Below, piece by piece: positions 1-9,600 of a stretch of DNA of 64,000 nucleotides. How positions within the stretch are numbered: position 1 is the stretch's first letter; the number at the start of each line of letters is the position of its first letter. The stretch spans positions 62,001 through 126,000 of the forward strand of contig CAZAPM010000002.1 in assembly GCA_964487475.1 (NCBI GenBank). The letters are read 5' to 3'. The translations under genes and the position numbers were made by a program. The DNA comes from an uncultured Planctomycetales bacterium (GTDB lineage Bacteria; Omnitrophota; Gorgyraeia; Gygaellales; Profunditerraquicolaceae). The notes beneath the pieces are model-generated. The model worked only from the letters and a program-made list of their open reading frames with translations. It searched no databases and was not told the origin of the DNA.

Positions 1-966
1 GAGCTCGAGATCGAGGACCTGATCGCGGAGGAGGACGTGGTGGTGACCATCAGCCACGGCGGGTACATCAAGCGCCTGCCGGTGTCCGCCTACCGCAAGC
101 AGAAGCGCGGCGGCAGCGGCGCGACGGGAACGGATTTGAAGGACGAGGATTTCGTGGAGCATATGTTCGTCGCCTCGACCAAGGAGTACCTGCTGATCTT
201 CACCGACAAGGGGCAGGTGCACTGGCTCAAGGTCTACGAGATCCCGCAGGCTTCCCGGACCTCGAAGGGCAAGGCGATCATCAACCTGCTCCAGATGGAA
301 GGCAACGCCAAGATCAGTTCGACCATCCCGGTCAAGGAGTTCTCTCCGGAGAAATACCTGGTCATGGTCACCAAGCTCGGGCAGATCAAGAAGACCAAGC
401 TGGACGCCTATGGAAATCCCCGCAAAGGTGGTATAATCGGTATCACCCTGGAAAAGGACGACGAGCTGATCGCGGTCGAGATGACGGACGGCAACGAAGA
501 GCTCCTGATCGGCACCCTCCAGGGCAAGGCCATCCGCTTCCAGGAAAGCAAGGTCCGGGATATGGGCCGGGCGGCGCAGGGGGTGAGGGCGATCACGCTG
601 GATAAAAAGGACGACGTGATCGGCATGGTGGTGGCCCGCAAGGACGCCGACGTGCTCACCGTGACCAAGCTGGGTTTCGCCAAGCGCACCACGGTCGACG
701 AGTACCGGCTCACCTCCCGCGGCGGCAAGGGCGTGATCAACATCCGGGTGACGGACAAGAACGGGGAGGCGGTCGCCCTTAAGACCGTCAACGATAAGGA
801 CGAGCTGATGGTGATCACCCAGAACGGGATATTCCTGCGCTGCGCGGTCAAGGATATCCGCGAGACCGGACGTTCTTCGCAGGGAGTGCGCCTTATCAAG
901 CTGCAGGAAAAAGACCATGTGGCAAGCGTAGCCCACGTGGTGGTGGAAGAAGAGGAACAATCGTAA
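1..966 (+). CDS. gyrA: DNA gyrase subunit A, C-terminal beta-pinwheel (5' truncated by window)
   Basis: Frame +1 is open from base 1 (ELEIEDLIAEEDV...). GyrA-box variant QKRGGSG, repeated blade motifs (RGGKGV, GRAAQGV, GRSSQGV) and a short acidic tail. Confidence 0.95.
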   Translation, partial: ELEIEDLIAEEDVVVTISHGGYIKRLPVSAYRKQKRGGSGATGTDLKDEDFVEHMFVASTKEYLLIFTDKGQVHWLKVYEIPQASRTSKGKAIINLLQMEGNAKISSTIPVKEFSPEKYLVMVTKLGQIKKTKLDAYGNPRKGGIIGITLEKDDELIAVEMTDGNEELLIGTLQGKAIRFQESKVRDMGRAAQGVRAITLDKKDDVIGMVVARKDADVLTVTKLGFAKRTTVDEYRLTSRGGKGVINIRVTDKNGEAVALKTVNDKDELMVITQNGIFLRCAVKDIRETGRSSQGVRLIKLQEKDHVASVAHVVVEEEEQS

Positions 967-971
967 TTTTC

Positions 972-1046
972 GTCCCCATCGTCTAGCCTGGTCTAGGACA
1001 AGAGCTTTTCAAGCTCTCGACACCGGTTCAAATCCGGTTGGGGACA
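972..1046 (+). tRNA. tRNA-Glu (TTC)
   Basis: Acceptor GTCCCCA/TGGGGAC, anticodon arm AGAGC-TTTTCAA-GCTCT, T arm ACCGG-TTCAAAT-CCGGT. CCA is not encoded. Confidence 0.95.
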
Positions 1047-1066
1047 TTATATGTAAGGGGGTGCTC

Positions 1067-2905
1067 ATGTGCGGGATAGTCGGGTACACGGGATCTCGCG
1101 ACGCGCAGCCCATATTGCTCGCCGGCCTTAAGCGGCTCGAGTACCGCGGGTATGATTCCAGCGGCATCGCGGTGCTCCTTTCCCCGAGCCATACCGTCAG
1201 CATCCGCAAGTCCGTGGGCAAGATCCGCGCCCTGGAGAGCCTGGTGTCCCGCAAGCCCCTGGTCGGCCACTCCGGTATCGCGCACACCCGCTGGGCCACC
1301 CACGGCGTTCCCAACCAGATCAACTCCCATCCTCACGACGATTGCTCCGGCACGCTCGCGGTGGTGCACAACGGCATCATCGAGAACTACGAGACCCTCA
1401 AGACCCGCCTGATCGGGGAGGGGCACACCTTCAAGAGCCAGACCGATACGGAAGTGATCGTGCACCTGATCGAGAAGTATTACCGGCACGGCTCGCTGGA
1501 GCAGGCGGTGCGCCAGGCCCTGAAGATGCTGGTAGGCTCTTTCGCCATCGCCGTCATCTCCGAAAAGGAGCCGGGCAAGCTGGTAGGCGCCCGCTCCGGA
1601 AGCCCCCTGATCGTCGGCGTGGGCAAGGACGAATACTTCCTGGCCTCGGACGCGCCGGCGATCATCGACGCCACCAAGGAGGTCATCTTCCTCGAGGAGA
1701 ACGAGGTGGCGGTGCTCACCCCCGAAGGGGTGGAGTTGACGGATCTCGCCGGAAAGAAGCGCACGCGCAAGACCGTGCGCATCAACTGGGACGTGGCGCA
1801 GGCGCAGAAGCAGAAGTACAAACATTTCATGCTCAAGGAGATCAACGAGCAGCCCAAGATCATCGAGGACCTGCTGGCGGTGCGCCTCAATCGCGCGACG
1901 GGCGGAGTGGAGTTCGAAGGCAAGGCCGCGGTGCAGTCGAAGCTCAAAGGGATCACCCGCATCTCGGTCGTGGCGTGCGGGACGGCATATCATGCGGGGG
2001 TGGTGGGTAAGTATATCATCGAATCGCTGTGCAAGATCCCGGTCGCGGTGGATGTTTCCAGCGAATTCCGTTATCGCCAGCTGCTGTTGGATAAGAAGAC
2101 CCTGGTGATCGCGGTCAGCCAGTCGGGGGAGACGGCGGATACGCTCGCCGGTATCAGGGAAGCGAAGAAATACGGAGCCCCCGTCATCTCCATATGCAAT
2201 GTGCTCGGCTCGACCCTGACCAGGGAGTCGGATGCGGTCATCTATACGCACGCCGGCCCGGAGATCGGGGTGGCTTCCACCAAAGCGTATACCGCCCAGC
2301 TGGTCGCGTTCTATCTGCTGGCGCTCTCTCTGGCCCAGTCCCGGAAACTGGTCCCTCCCAAAGAGCTGCGGGAGTACGTCCGGGCGTTGCGCCGCATCCC
2401 CGCGCAGCAGCGGGAAATACTGGCGCAGCAAAGGCTGGTCGCGTCCCTGGCGCACAAACATTCCCATTTCGGGTCTTTCCTGTTCCTGGGGCGCAACATC
2501 AATTTTCCCTCCGCCCTGGAAGGGGCATTGAAGCTCAAGGAAATATCCTATATCCCGGCCGAAGGGTATGCCGCCGGGGAGATGAAACACGGGCCGATCG
2601 CGCTTATCGACGAGTACCGGGCCGTGGTGTGCATGGCGCCCTCTTCCGGGATCTACGAGAAGATGATCTCGAACATCCAGGAGATCAGGAGCCGCAGCGG
2701 AAAGATCATCGCCATCGCCTCGCAGGGGGATGCGAAGATCAAAGAGCTGACCCCGGAAGTGATCTATATCCCCAAGACCGCGGAGCTTTTTTCCCCGCTT
2801 CTGATCGCGCTGCCCCTGCAGCTGCTGGCGTACCACATTGCCGATAAACGGGGCTGCGACGTCGACCAGCCGCGTAACCTCGCCAAGTCCGTGACCGTCG
2901 AGTAA
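1067..2905 (+). CDS. glmS: Glutamine-fructose-6-phosphate aminotransferase (isomerizing)
   Basis: Starts MCGIVGY (catalytic Cys), has HTRWATHG, SQSGETADT and ends PRNLAKSVTVE. Confidence 0.98.
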   Translation: MCGIVGYTGSRDAQPILLAGLKRLEYRGYDSSGIAVLLSPSHTVSIRKSVGKIRALESLVSRKPLVGHSGIAHTRWATHGVPNQINSHPHDDCSGTLAVVHNGIIENYETLKTRLIGEGHTFKSQTDTEVIVHLIEKYYRHGSLEQAVRQALKMLVGSFAIAVISEKEPGKLVGARSGSPLIVGVGKDEYFLASDAPAIIDATKEVIFLEENEVAVLTPEGVELTDLAGKKRTRKTVRINWDVAQAQKQKYKHFMLKEINEQPKIIEDLLAVRLNRATGGVEFEGKAAVQSKLKGITRISVVACGTAYHAGVVGKYIIESLCKIPVAVDVSSEFRYRQLLLDKKTLVIAVSQSGETADTLAGIREAKKYGAPVISICNVLGSTLTRESDAVIYTHAGPEIGVASTKAYTAQLVAFYLLALSLAQSRKLVPPKELREYVRALRRIPAQQREILAQQRLVASLAHKHSHFGSFLFLGRNINFPSALEGALKLKEISYIPAEGYAAGEMKHGPIALIDEYRAVVCMAPSSGIYEKMISNIQEIRSRSGKIIAIASQGDAKIKELTPEVIYIPKTAELFSPLLIALPLQLLAYHIADKRGCDVDQPRNLAKSVTVE

Positions 2906-3558
2906 TGCTGTATATAGTCGCCACCCCCATCGGCAACCTCAAAGATATCACCTACCGGGCGGTGGACGTGCTGCGAAGCGTTTCCCTGATCGCCTGCGAG
3001 GATACGCGGCACACCAGGATCCTGCTGGACCATTACGGCATCACCACTCCCACCACCAGTTTTTTTCAGCATAACCGCATCACCAAGGCGGAGTATCTGA
3101 TCGCGGCGCTCAAAGAGGGCCGCGACGTGGCGCTGGTCTCCGATGCCGGGATGCCCGGGGTGCTTGATCCGGGATACAACATCATCAACCGTGCGGTCCA
3201 GGAAAAGATCCCGGTCACCGTGATCCCGGGCCCCTGCGCTTTGATCAATGCCCTGGTGCTTTCCGGGAAACCGGCGCATGCGTTCCATTTCGAAGGATTC
3301 CTTCCTCCCCGTTCGCAGGCCAGGAGAAACCGGCTGGCGAAGCTCAAGGAGCGGGAGGAAACGGTCGTGCTCTATGAGTCGTGCCACCGTATCATCGCGA
3401 CCCTAGAAGACATCTCCGCGGTTTTTCCAGAGAAGGAGATCGTTGTGGCCAGAGAACTTACGAAAAAGTTCGAAGAGGTAGTGCGCGGCCCTGCGCATGA
3501 GCTGGCCCGGCAGATGAAAGACGCCAAGCCCAAAGGCGAATTCTGCATCATCCTGTAA
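2905..3558 (+). CDS. rsmI: 16S rRNA C1402 2'-O-methyltransferase RsmI
   Basis: LYIVATPIGNL, ACEDTR, VSDAGMPG, ARELTKKFEE, KGEF motifs. Confidence 0.95.
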   Translation: MLYIVATPIGNLKDITYRAVDVLRSVSLIACEDTRHTRILLDHYGITTPTTSFFQHNRITKAEYLIAALKEGRDVALVSDAGMPGVLDPGYNIINRAVQEKIPVTVIPGPCALINALVLSGKPAHAFHFEGFLPPRSQARRNRLAKLKEREETVVLYESCHRIIATLEDISAVFPEKEIVVARELTKKFEEVVRGPAHELARQMKDAKPKGEFCIIL

Positions 3559-3600
3559 TATCCCCAAAAGGTAGCGCTTTCCAAAAAACCTCGTAACCCA

Positions 3601-3630
3601 TTGTAAATCATACCTATAAGAAGTTATACT
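3601..3630 (+). promoter_or_regulatory. Putative sigma70 promoter of the giant gene
   Basis: TTGTAA-18 bp-TATACT in an AT-rich intergenic stretch, 30 nt before ATG 3660. Confidence 0.5.
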
Positions 3631-3659
3631 TTTAATTGGCTGATAAACCGAGGGATCGT

Positions 3660-6600
3660 ATGTCAATTAGAGTACGGCGTATTCTGTCATTTGCTATATC
3701 ATTATTGCTTATATTCGAGCAATCCGGGTTTGCCCAGATCGCCGGGGAGATCCGTGTGTCCTCGCACCTTTCCCTGCTGCGCACCTCCATTGCCCCTGAC
3801 GCGTTCCGCCTTGCGCATCTGCGTTCCGTAGGGTTCGATCCCGAAAAGAATTCTTTCAGCATCATCGTGGATAAAGGGAGCGTGCCCAGGAGCACCGGCG
3901 CGGGGGAGGAGAGCCGCGCGCTGCTTACCATGTTCCTGGTGGGGGTGAGCCTTCCGATGGACCGTTTCTGGGTGAACTTGCGTCCCGACGCGCCCGATGA
4001 CGTGCTCGATCCCCAGGTGGCAAAGACCGACATCGGAAGGATATTCCTGGAGGCCGACGTTCAGCTGAAAAAGGATACCGCCAGGCTCATGTCCCCGCAG
4101 ACTGCCTCCGGCCGGGAATACTGGGACCGGATGTACAAAAAAGCCCAGGAGATATTCGGCGCCGGGCAGGTCACGATCCCGACCACGGTGCGGCCGTGGA
4201 TCGTTCCCGACGAGATCATCATCCGCGAATCTCCCGACCATGCCTACGTGTATAAGGCGACCCTGAAAGTGCTCCTCGAGGAGGATTACTTAAAAGGCGA
4301 GGCCGCCGTGTCTTCCTCCGACCCGAAGCATCAGGCGATCAATGCGTATTCCGCCCAGCTGCTCAGGGAGCTGATCGTGCCGCTGGTGACCCGGGAGGTC
4401 AACGCTTCGAAACAGTACGCGGCGCTGCGACAGGCATACTACTCGCTTATCCTCGCCCAATGGTTCAAGGAACAATTCAAGGGAAGACCGGGGACGTACG
4501 CGGCGCTCATCGATTCCGCGAATATCGAGGGGTTGACTTCGACGCAGCCCTGGACCGTCACCCCGTTCTTCGAGCGATACCGCGATTCCTTCGCCAAGGG
4601 CGAGTATCACCTCAAGGAAGCGGTGGCGACGCCCGCAGGCAGGACTATCCGCACCTATACCAGCGGCGGCTTGCATTTCGGGGAAGGGGCGTACTCCATT
4701 CCCGCGGTCAAGGCCGCCGGAGCGATCGCTCTTCCCGCGGGCAGGAAGCCCGTAGCCAGTCCCAATAATACGCAGATGACCTTTGCGGGCGCGTCCGCTC
4801 CGGGTAAGGAAGTGTTGACCGGAGTGGCGGAGGCGCCTGCGGCATCGGCCGGTACTTCTGCGTCTGCCGCGGCAGAGGTCCCTGCGGTAGCCGCGGTTCC
4901 CGCGGCATCGGCCGCTGAGCGCGCCGTCGCCGTTCGCCCGGGTGCCTGGCGCCGAATGCAGGAGAGTGTTTCTCAGTGGAGCAGGAGGTTGCGGTGGGCG
5001 CTGGGGCTTAAGTTCCAGAGGCTGCGGGAGTACGGCCTGGTGGATTCCAATCTGAGAACTATGGAGGTGCGGGTGCAAGGTTCACCCGCGACAGGGTTCG
5101 AACTCACCGCGCTATACACCAAGGATTATGCGCCGGAAAAGGTCCCCGGGAGTGTCGTGGCGGCGGTAAAGGTCACGCAGCGCTCCTGGGCCGATCCCGG
5201 GCACCTGCTGGTGCGAAGGCAGCGCGTAGGCGGGGACGAGGGCGCGAGTACCGCGAGGAATCTTCTGGTTGATGCGGCGCAGTCCCTGAAAGAGGGGATG
5301 CGCGTTTCCTTTGACCCCGCGGAATTCATTCCTGTCTCCGAACCGGGGGCGGATTTTTCGGACGCCCCCGCTTTTTGGCGCACTTCTCTGGGAGACCTGT
5401 TGCGCGGACGCAGCCTGATAGTTGAAGGATATGACCGCTCCCGGAAACTCCTCACGCTGCGGATGGGGTCCAACCAGGAGGTGCTTCGCCATGAGCTGGA
5501 GGTCGAGGGATCGGATCCCGGCCTGGCGGAAGGTATCGAGAGCTACGATTATGTCACCGTTACTTTGGCGAACGGCAGGAAATATACCGGCAGCTATATA
5601 TTTGCCTCCAAGGGCGGCCTGCTGATCGATAGGCCGGACGGGTCGAGATCGGTCCCCCTCAAGGCGGTGGTTGCTATTGACAAAGTGCCGAAAGAGGTCT
5701 TGAATCAGAGGCCTTTTCTCTCTACGGATCTTTTGGTCGGGCATGGCACCAACGCGTATGTGCTGCTGCTGGCCATGACCCGCACCAACGGGCAGTTGCG
5801 GCCCTCCGGGGAACTGCCGTATGCCCCTCCCACGGGCGAATCCGGCGGCGCGACCGAGCTCAACACCAACTATGTTTCCACCGTTCCGTTATTCAACGAG
5901 AATAACCGTACCTTCCAGTTGTGGGAGTACGCCGCGATGAACGCCTCTACCGGTACGGGAACCGTGATCACGCTGGAAAACGTGGATAAGGAACTGGCGG
6001 CGGCTCGTTCCAGGCTGCGTTCCAATCCCGCGCATAACCGCAGGCGGATCGCGCAACTTACCGCGCTCAAGGCGTTCCTGCAGGACCTTGCATCCCGCGG
6101 GCTCTACGAGGAGTATTTGCAGCTCTCCTCCCTTCCGGTGGTGTTGATCGGCGACGGAGTGGCCCGGGGCACGGTGGTCAATTCCCGGGTATCCAATGAG
6201 CAGGTGTACCGCAGGGTGAACATCCGGGCAGTCGCGGTTGAAGGCGCGCAGGCCGTGGCAAGGGTGAATGCGCTGCTTGCCAGCCTGGGGATCAATGATA
6301 TCGCGGTATTCGAAAAGGATGAATTCGAACCCCTCTTTGAAGAGTACCACGACAGTGCGAGGCGCAGGGATGCTTCGCGCGGCGCGCCCGGCCTGCTGAT
6401 GAGGATACTGCGTGCGGCCGATGCGCAGGCGGACGCGGAGTCCCTGGAGTCCATCGCGGCGCGTATCGCGGGCGTGCGCGACGGAGAGGACCTGATCAAT
6501 GTAGCCGCGGAGATAGACAATTTCCTGACCCGCGGCGTGGCCATTCCCGCTTACGCGCAGGAGCTGTTGGGAAAAAGGCGTTTTTCCAATAATCAGCTTG

Positions 6601-9600
6601 CGGCATTGAGGGCCATGCTGCTGCATGCGCAGGGCGAGCGGGCACGGGCGCTCGACACGGAACTGGATGCGGTGCGGGAGGCACAAAAGGCCGCCGCTGC
6701 TTCCGCGGCCGACGAAGAGGAGACGTCCTTCTTTGCTCGCGCACCGGCATCGGTCTCGGTGGGTGAAGGCAGGCTGATGGAAGGATCGGACACCATCAGG
6801 GAACATGCGCTCTTTGATTCCGCGGGCAAAAGGATCGGTTCGGTTTTATTGCAGCGTGAGATGCGGGAGCTCGTGGTCCGGACGGTGACCTTTGCCGACG
6901 GCGCGGAGCAGGATCTGCAGCGCGCCGCATATCAGGCGCTGTTGCGGGAAGCCAAAGGGCAGAAGTTGGCGTTGCGCATCACCGGTATCGCCGATGCCGT
7001 GCAACTGCAGCGAATCAGAGGCACTTTTGCCGGAGAGGAACTGACGGAGCTGGGGACTTTGGGAAGGGAGTTTTCGGTGCGGATCGGCGCTCTGGCTGCC
7101 CCGGCATTGCGCACTCCGGATGCGCTCAGCACCCGACTTCGGGAACTGATCCGCAGGATCGAAGGGAGCATCGTTATCAACGGGGAAAGATTTACGGTCC
7201 TTTCCGCCCCTGCGCCCGGGCATCAGGCCAGGTTTACCGTGTTCGGCGAAAAAACGGGCCTGGCGGGATGGTTCGAGCTCGACGAGAACGCCGATATCCT
7301 GACCGGCCGCGTCATTGTCAGCGAGAATCGCGTTCCCGGGTTCGCGAGCCTGATGTTGCGTAATCTGATGGAAAAAAGCGGCGGGACTTTCGTGCTGGAC
7401 CGTATCGAGAATCCCGGCATCGCCCTGATGATCGAGCGGATCGCACGGTCGAGCCGCGGCGCGCCCCTTAGGGTGCGTTTCCGCGTGGCCTCTTCAGACG
7501 CTCCCGGACGGGAGCTGGCGCTGAGCGATATCACCGAATACTATCTGACCCGGCGCACGGATGAATCCCAGGATGAACCGGTAGGGACGTTCGGGATCAG
7601 GGGCGGCGCGGCAGTGCCGTCCGGCGAGAGGCCTTTGCCCGCTGACCTGCTTGCGCAAATACAGGTAACGGATGGCCGGCCCCGGATGCGGGCAAGGGAC
7701 AGGGCGCAGGCGGGATACGAGATCCGATACGGGCCGCAGTATACGGTTTCGGCGGAAGTGTCCCCGGCGCAGCAGCCGTATGACGGGGAAACCCAGATGA
7801 TCATCCGGGAGAACGCCGGGATCGGCAGGCCGGAGCCGGTTTCTCCGGAGCACCTGGCAGTGCTTCAGGATCCCGCCATGGGGCCGGATTTCCGGGTGCC
7901 GGAGGTCAGGCTGGTGTCCCCGCAGGAGATGGAGCGGGTGTGCGGGGATCCCGAGGTCAGGGTGTTCCGTCAGGGAAACACGGTCTACGCCCTGGAGAGT
8001 TACTGGAGCGCGCAAAGTCCGGAACAGCGGCTGGACATTCTGATGCATGAGGCCATGGCGGATTGGGCGCAGCGCAAGGGTGTCGATGCGGGAGACGTGG
8101 CCATAGATATCGAAGGACTCCGGGTCGACGAGGCTGCCCGGAGGGCAAGGCATACCGCGGCGGTAGACCGCTTCATGGAAGGGGAAGAGGAAGAGACGGT
8201 CGTCCCGCCGCAGGAACAGGAGGAGCCGGCGCCTGTCGCGGAGGATCACGTAGCGAAGGAGGCGACGTTATCCCGGGTGCAGAGGGAGGAGGGGGTGGCG
8301 GCAAAAGAAGCGGTAGAAAAGATGGCCGCGCGTCTGGAAACAGGAAGCCGGAACAAGTTCTTTTCCGTGCTGGTCCGTATCGGAGAAGCGCTTTCTCTGG
8401 GAGCGTTGCGTAAACTGATGACGCTCGCGGCGCATAAAGTGCTGACCCCTGTATTCGAGCTCGTCGCTCATTTTGCCGATCGCAAAGGTATCGCGGGCGT
8501 CCTGGAACATTTGACGCTCAGCAACGTCCGGCGGCACGCAGTAAATTTCATCGCGCACGTCCGGGAGCTTTTCCATGCCTACCAGTTGGAACAGCAGGGA
8601 TTCCGTGTCGTGGAGTTCGGGTTTAAAGAGGAAGGGCGGGAACACGATCTGGTGCTGCGCGACCAGGAGGGAAGAATCGTGGTGGCGGAGGTGCAGGGAG
8701 GCCAGGAGAACGATAATCCGAATAAGTTGAAAGTGTGGATGAACTCCCAGATAGAGGAACATCTGCTCAAACATTTGAATGTCGCCGGTACGTTAGATAT
8801 GCCGCAGCACGGCCGGCCGTGGGGTTTTGTCTTTACCTGTACCCTCCCCGATGCCTGGAATACTCCGAAGATCCGTCAGGAAGTAGCGTTAGCGGTGGAG
8901 CAATTTGTTGCTTCTCAATCCGACCGCGCGAAAATCCCCGAGGTAAAGGTGGAGTTCTTTGCCGACCGGGAGGAGCGGCTGATAGTGGACCGGGCCAAAC
9001 TTGACGCGAACGCGCAGGCCATCGAAGGGTGGGCATCCGATTGGGACAGAGAGGAGAAGGAAGCAAAAGCCCGTCAGGATGCGCTGCAGCGTAAGCTAAT
9101 GCCTTTGCTGATGCCTCAGCTTGGAGCCCGCGGGCCTCCGGGAGCGGGTGTCCCGGCTCCTTTGGTCAAAGAGCTTATCGCCCGTGTCGGTGCTGATCCT
9201 GCGGCAGAGGCGCGCGTCATGGATATCCTGCGGCCACAGGATCCCGCTCGCCGCGATAATGCGGACCGTATCGTGCAGGAACTCGCTGCTGCAATCAATC
9301 CGCCTAATGTGGTGCAGCCAGCGAAAAAGGAAGCTTCGGTGGCTGATGCGGTGAGCCGTTTACTGGCGAATGAGATAGTGCGCGAAGAAAAGCCCGCGCC
9401 GGCCGATACGAAAAGCATGCGCACCTCCGATGCATTTTTTGCCGCGGTATCCGAAGCGATGCAGGCACCATCGGAAGGGGTATCGCGGACAAGGCATATC
9501 GAGGCGCTTCTGGACCTTGCAGAAAGGCTGGCTCCGGGGCGATGGGAACGGATAGTGTTGTGGTGGTTCAAGGCTCGGGGGGATGTGCGGGGGATGGCGG

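Noticed and set aside
1047..1066. glmS ribozyme upstream of glmS
   Set aside because: Only 20 nt separate tRNA-Glu from the start codon, leaving no room.
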